47,140 bases of DNA from a virus (lineage: Duplodnaviria > Caudoviricetes), in the IMG/VR virus record IMGVR_UViG_3300043036_000090, positions 1-47,140 of that record, one strand, 5' to 3'. The notes beneath the pieces were generated by a model that had not been told where the DNA came from, ran no database searches, and saw only the letters and a list, made by a program, of their open reading frames with translations. Both the position numbers and the translations under genes were made by a program. Shown here in pieces: positions 1 through 9,601 of this stretch (positions are counted from its first letter, which is position 1; every line of letters starts with the position of its first letter).

Positions 1-272
1 TCTCCTAATTTAGAATAATCTAATTTACCATCCTTTAAGATAGCTGAACCTGCTTGCTTTAATAAGTCATTAGATTTTGATGTAATATTCTTTTGTCCAA
101 AAATATTGACATCCTTCTTTAATGCTTCAATGTTTTGAAAAGCACTTTCAGCTAAGTTATAGTCGCGCTGTTGTTGCGCTACAACTTGAGTAAATATACT
201 GCTTATTCCAGATTGTGCTTGCTGGAATGATTGCTTAATACTTTCCGCTGGATTATATATGTAATCTGCCAT
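1..272 (-). CDS. Partial gene (runs off the window), putative internal virion/ejection protein
   Basis: ATG at 272-270, MADYIYNPAESIKQSFQQAQSGISSIFTQVVAQQQRDYNL..., open to the window edge. It directly follows the Gly/Gln-rich gene. Confidence 0.6.
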   Translation of the reverse strand, partial: MADYIYNPAESIKQSFQQAQSGISSIFTQVVAQQQRDYNLAESAFQNIEALKKDVNIFGQKNITSKSNDLLKQAGSAILKDGKLDYSKLG

Positions 273-277
273 AGTTA

Positions 278-1285
278 TTATCGTCCAGTTAAGTTAACCA
301 AGTTAGAATAATTTGTTTGAGACTGAGGCGCTAACATCATAGGAGCTTGATAAGGAGCAGTATTTGCTGTAGGAAAGCCTGTTGTTATACTCTTACTAGG
401 GGTAAAAGCTCCGCTTTTTAATAATGTCTCATAATCTCCTTGTGCAGAACGTAAATTAGTTAGCTCTTGAGTAGGCTTCCCAGCCCCATATATCTTAGAT
501 AGCATATCCATCTGATTCTGCTGAGCATTCATCCCCATTATTCCGCTACCAATACCTTGAGCAATTCCTCCAATACCAGACCATATTGCTGAACGAGCTT
601 GTTGAACAGCAGCTGCCTTAGCTTGTTCTGCTCCAAATAAATTCTGCTCCAAAGCTATTGATTGCCCTAATTGCTCTCTGCCTAATCCTAATACTTGATT
701 GGCTCTTTGGCTTTGAGACTCAAACTCTAGTCCAGCTTGTTGTGCTTGTGCTGCGGCTGTTTGCCCTAATGATGACAAGTAGTTTTGCTGAGCTTGCTGT
801 TGCAACTGCTGACGCTGTTGACCAACTTGTAAGTCAATATTTTGCATCTGAGCTCCCTCTTGTTGCTGACCCATTAAAGCGGCAGTCAATAAATCAGAAC
901 CTGAGCCTGCACCTAATCTTGCGGCAGCTAGTGTATTAGCAGTTGTTTGACGAGCCTGCTCTCTCATAATGCCTTCGCCAGCAACCTGTCCTCCAGATGC
1001 CATACGCTTAGCCATTTCAGCCTCACCTTGAGCTTTTTGATATAAAGAGATGTCGCCTTGATAAGTAGGAAGACCTTTAGCTTGTGAAATTAAGTCACCA
1101 TAGCCGCTACTAAGAGCTGCTCTTTGCTGTGTACTAAAGCTTTTTTGTGCTGCCAATTGTTTCTTGGCTTCATTTTTTTGCCCTACAGCTCCAACAACAT
1201 TGGCTATGCCGCCTAGAACATTTAACCCCATCCCGACTCCCGCCGTTATTGGGTTTGCTCCTAATATTGAACCTAATCCTGCCAT
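278..1285 (-). CDS. Putative DNA ejection/pilot (internal virion) protein
   Basis: 335 aa with Gly/Ala-rich hydrophobic segments at both ends and a Gln/Ala-rich coiled-coil centre, located downstream of the tail genes. This is the typical architecture of podovirus ejection proteins. Confidence 0.6.
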   Translation of the reverse strand: MAGLGSILGANPITAGVGMGLNVLGGIANVVGAVGQKNEAKKQLAAQKSFSTQQRAALSSGYGDLISQAKGLPTYQGDISLYQKAQGEAEMAKRMASGGQVAGEGIMREQARQTTANTLAAARLGAGSGSDLLTAALMGQQQEGAQMQNIDLQVGQQRQQLQQQAQQNYLSSLGQTAAAQAQQAGLEFESQSQRANQVLGLGREQLGQSIALEQNLFGAEQAKAAAVQQARSAIWSGIGGIAQGIGSGIMGMNAQQNQMDMLSKIYGAGKPTQELTNLRSAQGDYETLLKSGAFTPSKSITTGFPTANTAPYQAPMMLAPQSQTNYSNLVNLTGR

Positions 1286-1302
1286 TTTATTAATGTTTAA
1301 AA

Positions 1303-1310
1303 CAAAGTTA
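1303..1310 (-). promoter_or_regulatory. Bacteroidota-type -7 promoter box (TAACTTTG)
   Basis: Matches TAnnTTTG in the intergenic gap 18 nt before the ATG. No clear -33 box. Confidence 0.5.
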
Positions 1311-1336
1311 ACGTTTTTTGTTTATATATTACTGTT

Positions 1337-4300
1337 TTAACTATGTCCAGATACGCTTCCTATTTCAACGTCAATTGTGTTGATACGCATATTTTGAGAC
1401 TTGTCCTTCATTGTTATTGTAAACTTATTTAAGTATCCCACCATATAGTTACCTTGAATTAAAGGGTAAGTTACATTAGGAGTGTTTGTATCACGCATAA
1501 TATGTGCGTATAATCTATTGTCTTCCAATAGGAAATTGCCTTCAAGAATCTGTGTTGCCTGCCCATTTTCATTGGTAATATTAATCTGTAACAAGTTGTC
1601 TTTAACATAATTCTTTTCTCCGTTAGAGTCTGCTGCCTTATTGTAGTCTGTAACATTCATTTCGTGAAGTATAGCCACGTTCAACGGATTGACAGGCAAG
1701 CCACTGTTTAATACCATAGAGATGCTACCATTGTTAGCCGAGCCAAAAAAGGTATTGTATCCTGATTGTAACGACTTAAATATTGTGCTGCCTGATAATA
1801 ACACCATCTTATCTCCATAGCTCTCTGCAAATGTAGGGACAAATGAATAGTCAGCAACCCATCTGTTTAAATTGTCAGACCAGCCAATTGAAGTTGACTC
1901 ACCTAGCATTCCTATAAATAGCATATTGTAGAATGGGTCATAACAGAATCTAGCGATGCCTGACTTACCTAAGAAATAACTCTTTACATAAACATCGCTA
2001 GGAATATCAATGCCTTTATCTGTGTATTTAACAACTTTCTTTGTAAAGTTATCCCACCACCAGATAGTACCCTTGTAGTTCATTACAGACAACTTGTTCT
2101 GCAATCCTAGCCCAGCACCCATATTACGGATAGTACCAATCATATTGGTTGTAAGCGCACGAATAGAAGCGTTATTGCCTTGTGTTAACTCCTGCTCTCC
2201 TAAGAATACGTAAGCCGTTTCTTTAGGGCATAATGCAAGTAGCATAGCTCCATTCCCCTGTAGTCTTGAAGCGCGCTGCAATGATGTAATCTCGCCATTC
2301 TCAATAGGCACCTCGCTGCTATCTAAAGCAAAGAATGAGTTAATGTTATTAACGCTTGTTCCTGCAATATAATTACCTGAGTAGCGAATAGCATTTGTTC
2401 TGCGAGGATACGAAACGTTAGATGCAATAACAGATGGCTTACCAGCAGAAGTGTTCCATTGTTGATTAGTAACTGCATTAGAAAAAGAACGTATTATAAA
2501 CTTCTGATTAGCAGTGGCTAATACAACATCTGGGCTATAAGTTGTATTTAATTTAGGCGTTATTCTGTTGCCTACCAAAGTCATTACACATCCATTACTA
2601 GAGCTTGCCGACTTTGATATATTTACTAATCCAGCAACTACCTGACCTTCCATTGAAAAGTCTAAGGTAATCTTTATTGAGAACTTATCTCCAGCTACAA
2701 TATCTTCCTTAATATCTGTATTAAGATTAATCGCTTTAAGGTAATTAATTTCTAATACAGATGCGCTTGCATTCTGCGTAAATGTCCTTTCGTCAATAGT
2801 AAACTTCTGAGTAAACGCTACAGTCTCTCCGTATTTATTTGCCTTATTGTCGTACGTCGTTTTAAATACCTGTCCAACAAGTCTGTACGTCATACTTCCG
2901 TATGAGGGAAAGTTCGGGTCTGTTGGCGTAACTAACGTAAAAGTATTTGTTGACTTTAAATTAAACTGAACGTTTAGCTTACTTAAACTAGGGGATTGAA
3001 TGCCAACGTCATAGAATCCTGCAACCACAAATGCATCGCTAGCTGTAGTTAGCGTAGCGCTATCTCCGTTAGTTCCTGATGGTATAGCAAAGGTTGGTTG
3101 TAACGTTACCGTGGATGCTGTTCCTGCGTTGTTTAAGGAACTCTGCATAGTTTCACTAGTGATTGAATTAATCACAGTAGATACGTTGTCAACAATAATA
3201 TTAGGAAGAGTCTTAGTTGAGTTGTATTTAAAAGGAGACGTCTGATAAACGGGTATTTCAAGTTTCTTGAATACCATATCTCCAATCAACTTATTGTTGT
3301 TTAGCGTACCTGTCCCTGTTAATACTTTTGTACCTAATCCTGATGAAATATCTATCAAGCTACCATACTCGTAGAACAATAATGACTCGTCTTCTTGTGC
3401 TTGCTTAGGAGAATATATCTCAAAAAACAAATCTTTAGGGATAGGAATAACTGGGTTAGTTAATGCGCCACCTGAGTAATCACAATAAAGCAAGTTGTTA
3501 TTTTGCTGAACAATACGCAAGTCAATTATTTCTCTAGCCGCTGTAGTCCCAATGTTAATTGAGATTCTATCTCCTTCTTGTAGTGTATAAGCTTGCCCTG
3601 CTAAGAACATTCCCATTAAGTCAACCACAAAATAAGTAACATCTTTTAAGTCATCTTTTGTAACTGATTGACTAATGCTAACTACTCTAGAAACAACTTT
3701 AGTCGTAGGATTCTCTTCTAACCTACTTAGCTCAAAGAAAATATTACTAGCAAATCCTTCATAGATATATGACTTGGAAATGTTTTTAGAATATACTAAT
3801 TGTATATACTTTGCCCAAGATGGTTTAGCATATCCAGCTCCCTCCGAAATAGTAATGTTTGGGATAATAGGATAGTCAAACTTGCCTGTGCTAAATTTCC
3901 TGACTGTCTTAGCCTCTACCCCGCGAGTCTTTAATGCAGCATCATAATAAGCTACACCAACTGCATACGTAGAATTGTTTGCAAATGGCTTTGTGTATCC
4001 AGAGCCATCGTAGGAGTCTTCAATGCTGTCAACCTCGATATCAGAGGCGCCAGCATTTAGGTATGTTTTATATGTACCGCCTGACATTGCTGTCTCAGTG
4101 GCTATCGCTACATTTATTTTGGTATTAGCCTCTGTTAAACTGTAATCATCCTGAATGTTTGCTAAGAACAATCTGTTTTTGGCAATCTCAATACTCTTTA
4201 CATTTTCTGGTATAGCATCAAATGGCTTGCCGACTGTAACTAAGTCTAAGCTTTCATTCATCTGTCCTGTGAATTCAACAACAGTTGTGCCAGAAACGTA

Positions 4301-5059
4301 ATCTGCTATCTTTTGCACATCAGCCTTTCTCCAGTTGCCATTGTTGCCTATTCGAACATAAAGTTCAAGGTCTGTTGCATACGTTGGCTTTGCTGAAAAG
4401 TCGTATTGAATTTCATATTTTGCTACACCTTTTTCTCCCTTAAACATCTGAGAGTAATTCCCTAATACAGAATACTCTTTTGACGCATATTGATATCTAG
4501 CGGCAAACTGAAAGTCGTTATTTTCTAATAATGCTAAAGGGGAAGAGCTTATAGTCTTCTTAATTTGAACAACATTGTTAGGGGTTTTTTTCTGAAGCTT
4601 TAAGTCTTCAATAGAAGCAAACGTTACACCTGTGCCACCTGTTAAGTCGTAAGACAAAACAGTCCCACCTTCAGCATAATTCCAGACAATAGTGTTTCCT
4701 ATGACTTTTAAGTCAGGAGCCATCTCGACATCAACTGCGTTGTGGGGATATGTTAATACTGCTGTTGCGGTAAACGCATCTCCGACAGGGGTAATCTTGT
4801 GTATAGTAGCCGTTGCGCCAGCATTATTGCAAAGTACATATATAATATTGTCTACGTTTTGAAATGTAACACGAGGTGTTCCTGCCAAGGTAATCCCTGT
4901 AGAAGCAAAAGATTCCATTAATCTAATTGCCCCAGCACCCCCTGTCTTACCCGAATCAAATACAATGTTAGATGCAGAAACGTAATCACCTTCAGGTAAA
5001 TTGTTTTGAGAAACATCTACGTTCAAACCTCCTGATGCTCTGAGAGTTACCTTCGCCAT
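1337..5059 (-). CDS. Tail stabilisation/muzzle (tail tubular B-like) protein
   Basis: 1240 aa, beta-rich. N-terminus GGLNVDVSQNNLPEGDYVSASN, plus YQYASKEYS and NRLFLANI motifs typical of P22 gp10/crAss muzzle-like proteins. It follows three ring-like genes. Confidence 0.65.
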   Translation of the reverse strand: MAKVTLRASGGLNVDVSQNNLPEGDYVSASNIVFDSGKTGGAGAIRLMESFASTGITLAGTPRVTFQNVDNIIYVLCNNAGATATIHKITPVGDAFTATAVLTYPHNAVDVEMAPDLKVIGNTIVWNYAEGGTVLSYDLTGGTGVTFASIEDLKLQKKTPNNVVQIKKTISSSPLALLENNDFQFAARYQYASKEYSVLGNYSQMFKGEKGVAKYEIQYDFSAKPTYATDLELYVRIGNNGNWRKADVQKIADYVSGTTVVEFTGQMNESLDLVTVGKPFDAIPENVKSIEIAKNRLFLANIQDDYSLTEANTKINVAIATETAMSGGTYKTYLNAGASDIEVDSIEDSYDGSGYTKPFANNSTYAVGVAYYDAALKTRGVEAKTVRKFSTGKFDYPIIPNITISEGAGYAKPSWAKYIQLVYSKNISKSYIYEGFASNIFFELSRLEENPTTKVVSRVVSISQSVTKDDLKDVTYFVVDLMGMFLAGQAYTLQEGDRISINIGTTAAREIIDLRIVQQNNNLLYCDYSGGALTNPVIPIPKDLFFEIYSPKQAQEDESLLFYEYGSLIDISSGLGTKVLTGTGTLNNNKLIGDMVFKKLEIPVYQTSPFKYNSTKTLPNIIVDNVSTVINSITSETMQSSLNNAGTASTVTLQPTFAIPSGTNGDSATLTTASDAFVVAGFYDVGIQSPSLSKLNVQFNLKSTNTFTLVTPTDPNFPSYGSMTYRLVGQVFKTTYDNKANKYGETVAFTQKFTIDERTFTQNASASVLEINYLKAINLNTDIKEDIVAGDKFSIKITLDFSMEGQVVAGLVNISKSASSSNGCVMTLVGNRITPKLNTTYSPDVVLATANQKFIIRSFSNAVTNQQWNTSAGKPSVIASNVSYPRRTNAIRYSGNYIAGTSVNNINSFFALDSSEVPIENGEITSLQRASRLQGNGAMLLALCPKETAYVFLGEQELTQGNNASIRALTTNMIGTIRNMGAGLGLQNKLSVMNYKGTIWWWDNFTKKVVKYTDKGIDIPSDVYVKSYFLGKSGIARFCYDPFYNMLFIGMLGESTSIGWSDNLNRWVADYSFVPTFAESYGDKMVLLSGSTIFKSLQSGYNTFFGSANNGSISMVLNSGLPVNPLNVAILHEMNVTDYNKAADSNGEKNYVKDNLLQINITNENGQATQILEGNFLLEDNRLYAHIMRDTNTPNVTYPLIQGNYMVGYLNKFTITMKDKSQNMRINTIDVEIGSVSGHS

Positions 5060-5091
5060 TTGTTAATTGTTAAAATTAGCCTTGTTAATTG

Positions 5092-5850
5092 TTAGTTCTT
5101 CAAGCTTCCAAAAATACCGTTTCTTATCGAACCTATAATAGTAGCGTAATCCATTGCATTCATACGAGCTCTAAATATTCTTCTAGCGTTTTCGTAGTCT
5201 TGCTTAGCTAATTGATATAAACCAATCTTAGCGCTTTCTGCCTTATATGCCATCATCTGTATGTACTTTGTAATTACATCTGTTGCATACGGCGTCACAA
5301 CGTTAGCTGAAGAGCGTGATACTGCTGAGGTCATATACGTTAAGGTAACCTTAGTAAGAATCATCCCATTGCTAAATACAATTTCTTGATTAGTCTCGTC
5401 AATATCAAACGTTAACTTAGGCATACGCTTACGTCCGTAGTAGCGTCCAACTAATTCACCGCGAGTATTCATATTATTGCTACCTGAAATTAAATTGTAG
5501 TTAATCTCAGCATCGTATTCAACGCTTATGCTAGACTCGTAAGGAATCTTGTCCCCCGCATCATTGTAGTTATACTTCTTGTTTAAATTAAGCTCTCTTT
5601 CCATTGGAAGAACACGCTCCCCGTGCTTAGCTGACACATCAATAAAGTCAACATAGTCCGCTGGTAATATAGCTCTTTGGTAATCTGTTACGTCAAGCTC
5701 AATAATCTTAATGTTACCTAGATTAAAGTCTAAAGACAATTCATCTAAGGCACGAAGTCCGTGGTGCAAGTATCTTGTGTAATAATGCAGCGGAAGCCCA
5801 TTGTCTAACAACGAGTCCCGAACAATTGTATTTAGTGACTTAGTCTTCAT
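5092..5850 (-). CDS. Putative tail ring/adaptor protein
   Basis: 252 aa, helical N-terminus followed by an LPADYVD motif. Position between lysis genes and muzzle as in crAss-like ring proteins. Confidence 0.5.
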   Translation of the reverse strand: MKTKSLNTIVRDSLLDNGLPLHYYTRYLHHGLRALDELSLDFNLGNIKIIELDVTDYQRAILPADYVDFIDVSAKHGERVLPMERELNLNKKYNYNDAGDKIPYESSISVEYDAEINYNLISGSNNMNTRGELVGRYYGRKRMPKLTFDIDETNQEIVFSNGMILTKVTLTYMTSAVSRSSANVVTPYATDVITKYIQMMAYKAESAKIGLYQLAKQDYENARRIFRARMNAMDYATIIGSIRNGIFGSLKN

Positions 5851-5853
5851 TTC

Positions 5854-6501
5854 TTATTGTTGTTTCGACTGCTGAGTCTGTAATTCCGCTTGAGCTATTT
5901 TACCTAATCCAAGTATTCCTAGTACGTCTTCTATAATAGCGTTTTCTACTTCTGGCGATATTAACAATAAGTCATTATCCCCTTGTGTAGAGAAGTCAGC
6001 TACAAGCAAGTTAACAAGTACAGAGGATATTGAGCCGTTCCCAACTGTTGTAATGTCCTTTGTAAAGTAAACTTTTTTGCCTTGCATATAATAGCCAATC
6101 TGCTGCTCTAAGGCAGACAGATTAGTTCCTTGAAATACAATTACATCTTGTGAAGGAATGGGAATATAAGGAGTCATTGCCGCATTAGATGCAGAAATAG
6201 TCCAGATGCCCATATCCATTGGAAGATTAATTGGGATAACAGGAAGTGTAATAAATGCTCTTGCATTTGCAGGTTGTGATGTTACAGCGCAAGTGTATTC
6301 TACAATATTGCACTTAGGAACATCTATCATTCCTGCCTTAAAAGATTCCGCTACCTGTAACTTGAGTACCTTATTGATACTTTGGTTTACAAGTAAAATT
6401 ATCTCACGCAGGTCTATTACATCTGACTCATTCCCTTTTTCAATAAAACGAGAGTATATTCTTTGAATCTGCTCACTTAGGATATTTTTTGTCGTTGCCA
6501 T
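5854..6501 (-). CDS. Putative tail ring/adaptor protein
   Basis: 215 aa, same cluster and similar helix/beta/helix layout. Confidence 0.5.
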   Translation of the reverse strand: MATTKNILSEQIQRIYSRFIEKGNESDVIDLREIILLVNQSINKVLKLQVAESFKAGMIDVPKCNIVEYTCAVTSQPANARAFITLPVIPINLPMDMGIWTISASNAAMTPYIPIPSQDVIVFQGTNLSALEQQIGYYMQGKKVYFTKDITTVGNGSISSVLVNLLVADFSTQGDNDLLLISPEVENAIIEDVLGILGLGKIAQAELQTQQSKQQ

Positions 6502-6503
6502 AA

Positions 6504-7190
6504 CTATCGCTCGTCATTTTTTTGGTTTACGTCACGGACAGCCTCAGTCTGTGCTGTAGCTGAATCATTTAAGCTTATGCCCAAATAGAGTAACGCTCTA
6601 GTTAATACATCAGAAAAGTATCTATCGTCAATATCTAAGTTTATTGACGTACCCGCATTATAGGAAATATTTCCGCTTGCTGTAATAGAGTATCCAAATG
6701 AACCCTTTACAGGCTTTCTCATATAAACTAACGTGTATGAATAAGTGGAGCCATCCGTAGGGACGGGAGCAAATTGCAATTTAGATACATTAGAGCTATC
6801 CACGTAAATAGTAGCGGCAGGGTCATTTAAGTCAGGCGGAATTATTTTGCTATTTTGAATCTCTAGAAATTCATCCCAACCAAGAATTGTTCCCTCTTGT
6901 AACACTCCATTATTTACTACATAAATAGATAACCCTTCGATGTAATCATCTGGAAGAGTTACTAATCCACTATTCCCTGCTGTTACAGAAAATGGCGTAC
7001 GCTTAACTAAAAGATGGTCGTACTCAAACTTTCCCGTCTTCTTATACTTAAAAACAGCAGCACTCATCCAGTCAGATACAGCACGATTAACTGCGCGGTC
7101 TATATCCTCTGGACTAATGAAGCCCATCCTATTTTTCTTTATCTGCATACGAATAAAGTCGTGTGCATCTTTTATTAGAATTGTTGCCAT
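6504..7190 (-). CDS. Putative tail ring/adaptor (tail tubular A-like) protein
   Basis: 228 aa with ISPEDIDRAVNRA, LPDDY and YMRKP motifs resembling head-tail adaptor rings. Confidence 0.55.
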   Translation of the reverse strand: MATILIKDAHDFIRMQIKKNRMGFISPEDIDRAVNRAVSDWMSAAVFKYKKTGKFEYDHLLVKRTPFSVTAGNSGLVTLPDDYIEGLSIYVVNNGVLQEGTILGWDEFLEIQNSKIIPPDLNDPAATIYVDSSNVSKLQFAPVPTDGSTYSYTLVYMRKPVKGSFGYSITASGNISYNAGTSINLDIDDRYFSDVLTRALLYLGISLNDSATAQTEAVRDVNQKNDER

Positions 7191-7212
7191 TATTGGAACA
7201 TTTAATTTGAAT

Positions 7213-7220
7213 CAAAGATA
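7213..7220 (-). promoter_or_regulatory. -7 promoter box TATCTTTG
   Basis: Consensus TAnnTTTG between a terminator and the ring-gene ATG. Confidence 0.55.
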
Positions 7221-7245
7221 GAAAAAATAATTAAGAATTGTACAT

Positions 7246-7281
7246 AAAAAGAAACCCCTAACCATTTCTAGCTAGGGGCTT
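7246..7281 (-). terminator. Intrinsic terminator after the lysis cluster
   Basis: Minus strand AAGCCCCTAGCTAGAAATGGTTAGGGGTTTCTTTTT: GC-rich stem followed by a U tract. Confidence 0.7.
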
Positions 7282-7296
7282 AACACAAACCTAAAA

Positions 7297-7485
7297 TTAA
7301 ATATTGTCTACTATTGAATCTATTTTAGCTATTACTTTAGCTTCTAATGAGAATGTTGACATCTCGCAATCTTTGATGACTTCAAGAATCTCCATTAATG
7401 AATTAAGCCTTGCGTTGTTTAGGTTAAACTCTTTTAACCGCTGCAACTCGTCTGTGCTATAAGCAATCTCTTGAGTTTTTTCCAT
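7297..7485 (-). CDS. Hypothetical protein (62 aa)
   Basis: ORF translationally coupled (TAATG) to the upstream small gene. Confidence 0.6.
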   Translation of the reverse strand: MEKTQEIAYSTDELQRLKEFNLNNARLNSLMEILEVIKDCEMSTFSLEAKVIAKIDSIVDNI

Positions 7486-7622
7486 TATTTTCCTTGCCTG
7501 TTGTAAGGCTTTTTATAGTTTTTGGAGTTCTTTGATGACGATGACTTTGTCTTAGCGTGAACGCCTTTATTATTCTTTTTTGCTTTTGGTTTAAAAGTCG
7601 CTGTTGCAATTGCTTTTGCCAT
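7485..7622 (-). CDS. Small basic protein (45 aa, not in ORF track)
   Basis: MAKAIATATFKPKAKRIIKGVHAKTKSSSSKNSKNYKKPYNRQGK. It exactly fills the gap, with stop/start overlaps on both sides. Confidence 0.7.
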   Translation of the reverse strand: MAKAIATATFKPKAKKNNKGVHAKTKSSSSKNSKNYKKPYNRQGK

Positions 7623-8089
7623 TACTTAGGAAAGATGAATTTGTAGTACAAATATATAAGAATAATCATAGTTTCAAAGAATAGCGCTACAATAATCCAA
7701 GTAGGAATTACATTTTTGACGACTAACTTTTCCCTTATTTCAACATTTTTTCCGACGAACGACTTATATCTTGCTTCATAGACTTGTTTCATTGAGTCTA
7801 AGGAAACAGTTGCTTGAATCTTACCTTTATAAGAGCGAATTATAACCGTGCCCTGCGGAGCAGATAGCTTGCTATAAAAAGTTGTCAGTAACCCTGCTGA
7901 GTCGCACGGATTATCTATCACAAGTGTATCCTGTATGTACTTAAACTTCTCAATTGTGCGTATATCTCTGATAGTATCGTGAACCGTTGTCGTTAAAGTT
8001 TGAGTAACAACTTGCTTTGTTCTACAAGAATTGAGAAATATGATAAACAAAGTCGACAGAATAACGAATAGATAGGTTAAATTTTTCAT
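7622..8089 (-). CDS. Unimolecular spanin candidate
   Basis: Lipoprotein signal ending in LNSC, beta-rich middle and C-terminal TM helix (WIIVALFFETMIILIYLYY). Immediately downstream of the lysozyme. Confidence 0.7.
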   Translation of the reverse strand: MKNLTYLFVILSTLFIIFLNSCRTKQVVTQTLTTTVHDTIRDIRTIEKFKYIQDTLVIDNPCDSAGLLTTFYSKLSAPQGTVIIRSYKGKIQATVSLDSMKQVYEARYKSFVGKNVEIREKLVVKNVIPTWIIVALFFETMIILIYLYYKFIFPK

Positions 8090-8090
8090 A

Positions 8091-8546
8091 TCAAGAGAAG
8101 TATAATTGAGATTCTGCTTTACGCCTATTCGTTAATCCCTTAACTGCTCTGCCTTCAACTTTATTCCAACGAAGGAACTGTGCCGCAATATTAGGGTCAT
8201 TAGGGTTGGCGTTTACAAACTTTAATAGCGTAGACTTTCTTAGCGCCTGACTTCCAATATTATATGCAAAGCAAACAAGTGAGTCAAATTGATTCTGTGA
8301 TATATCATCCCTCGTGTAACTATCTACCGCGTGTTCAAACTGCTTAACCACATTTAATAGCAATTCTGTTGCACGAGTTTCTGATACAGGAAAGTCTGTC
8401 GAACGAACTTTAGCTCCTGACTCGTAATACGTTGAGCCATAACCAATTGTCCATACACCTCCCAAATCCGCATACGGCTTGGGTTCAAAACCCTCGAACC
8501 TCTTAATTAACTCTAAGCCCTTCTGGCTAATCTTCGTAAACTTCAT
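8091..8546 (-). CDS. Endolysin, GH24 phage lysozyme
   Basis: LIKRFEG...YADLGGVWTIGYG catalytic E-D-T motif, plus QNQFDSLVCFAYNIG and GLTNRRKAE. Confidence 0.92.
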   Translation of the reverse strand: MKFTKISQKGLELIKRFEGFEPKPYADLGGVWTIGYGSTYYESGAKVRSTDFPVSETRATELLLNVVKQFEHAVDSYTRDDISQNQFDSLVCFAYNIGSQALRKSTLLKFVNANPNDPNIAAQFLRWNKVEGRAVKGLTNRRKAESQLYFS

Positions 8547-8787
8547 CTATATTATCTGGTTGGTTTTTATAACGTCTAGGTCTTTCTGCAAACTTTGAAA
8601 CAGTAGTTGCGGCAGCAGAGTATCCCATTATAGCCATAACAAGATTCTGGACTCCCATACTTTCTGGATTGTAAATAAATTCTGATAATATAACTAGAGA
8701 GCCTATTAGGAAAACAAGGCGACTGCTTGAATACTCTCCTTTGTGCGATATAAAGTCTTTAAGACTTCTTTCTTTTTGAGACTTCAT
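8527..8787 (-). CDS. Putative holin
   Basis: 86 aa with SSSRL followed by two hydrophobic segments and a charged C-terminus. Overlaps the lysozyme start. Confidence 0.6.
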   Translation of the reverse strand: MKSQKERSLKDFISHKGEYSSSRLVFLIGSLVILSEFIYNPESMGVQNLVMAIMGYSAAATTVSKFAERPRRYKNQPDNIDEVYED

Positions 8788-8950
8788 TACCTTTTAGGTA
8801 GTAATATCTTATGGCAAAAATACCTGATACCATTGCAACGCAACCTGCACCTATTTGAACATAAATTAATAAGCTAGTAAGAGATAATGCCCACATAAAA
8901 ATGCTTGTTATTACCGCTAAGACGCCATTTTCGGAACTTGTATCGTGCAT
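8759..8950 (-). CDS. Putative holin/antiholin
   Basis: 63 aa, long hydrophobic stretch(es) and a basic tail. First gene of the lysis cassette. Confidence 0.5.
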   Translation of the reverse strand: MHDTSSENGVLAVITSIFMWALSLTSLLIYVQIGAGCVAMVSGIFAIRYYYLKGNEVSKRKKS

Positions 8951-8968
8951 TGTATAAATATTACATAG

Positions 8969-8999
8969 TAAAGATAATGGATAAATAATTTATCACAAA
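8969..8999 (-). promoter_or_regulatory. Near-consensus promoter of the lysis cassette
   Basis: TTTG (8999-8996), 19-bp spacer, TATCTTTA (8976-8969, one mismatch). Confidence 0.45.
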
Positions 9000-9049
9000 A
9001 GCTTTTTATATGTAATATTCAGTCTTTGTCGGTTTCTCCAAATAATATA

Positions 9050-9092
9050 AGTGCAAAGGGCGATAAAACTTAATTCTACCGCCCCTAGCACT
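9050..9092 (-). terminator. Imperfect hairpin, possible terminator
   Basis: AGTGC..GGGCG / CGCCC..GCACT inverted repeat downstream of the 146-aa gene. Confidence 0.4.
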
Positions 9093-9110
9093 ATACCAAA
9101 GAGAATTAAA

Positions 9111-9551
9111 TTATTCTCCGTCATCTTCTTTAATCAACTTAAATACGATAGCATAATTCTCTTCGCTCTCGATAGACTCTAAGTCAGATACCGAAATTGG
9201 CTTATATTCCAATTCTTTCTTCTCATTAAGCAAAGTCATATACTCTCCTTGGAACTCAATGTAGCTAGGGTTAACCTGAGTGCGTTCTTCGTCTAAGAAA
9301 GTCTCGATAAATATTTTACCATCTTCCTCCTTGCCAAACTTCTTGATTAATTCTTCACGAAGTCCGTCAACAACTTTCTTTTCAGATTGACATTTGTCAG
9401 CAAGCTTTGTTAACCAATACTTCTTAGCAAGGTTAAGTTTGCTGCTCAACAAACCTGATACAATTTTCTCTCCTGTTTCTGGGTGAGTGAAGCCATTTAA
9501 TTCTGCTTCTAGCGTGATAATTTCGCCTAGTGTTAATGTTATTTTCTCCAT
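9111..9551 (-). CDS. Conserved phage hypothetical protein (possible tail chaperone)
   Basis: 146 aa, acidic and helical. Preceded by TATATTTG (9582-9575) and an AACCAAACA leader. Confidence 0.55.
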   Translation of the reverse strand: MEKITLTLGEIITLEAELNGFTHPETGEKIVSGLLSSKLNLAKKYWLTKLADKCQSEKKVVDGLREELIKKFGKEEDGKIFIETFLDEERTQVNPSYIEFQGEYMTLLNEKKELEYKPISVSDLESIESEENYAIVFKLIKEDDGE

Positions 9552-9601
9552 TGGATGTTTGGTTAATGTTTATGCAAATATATGAAAATAATTAATATGT
9601 T

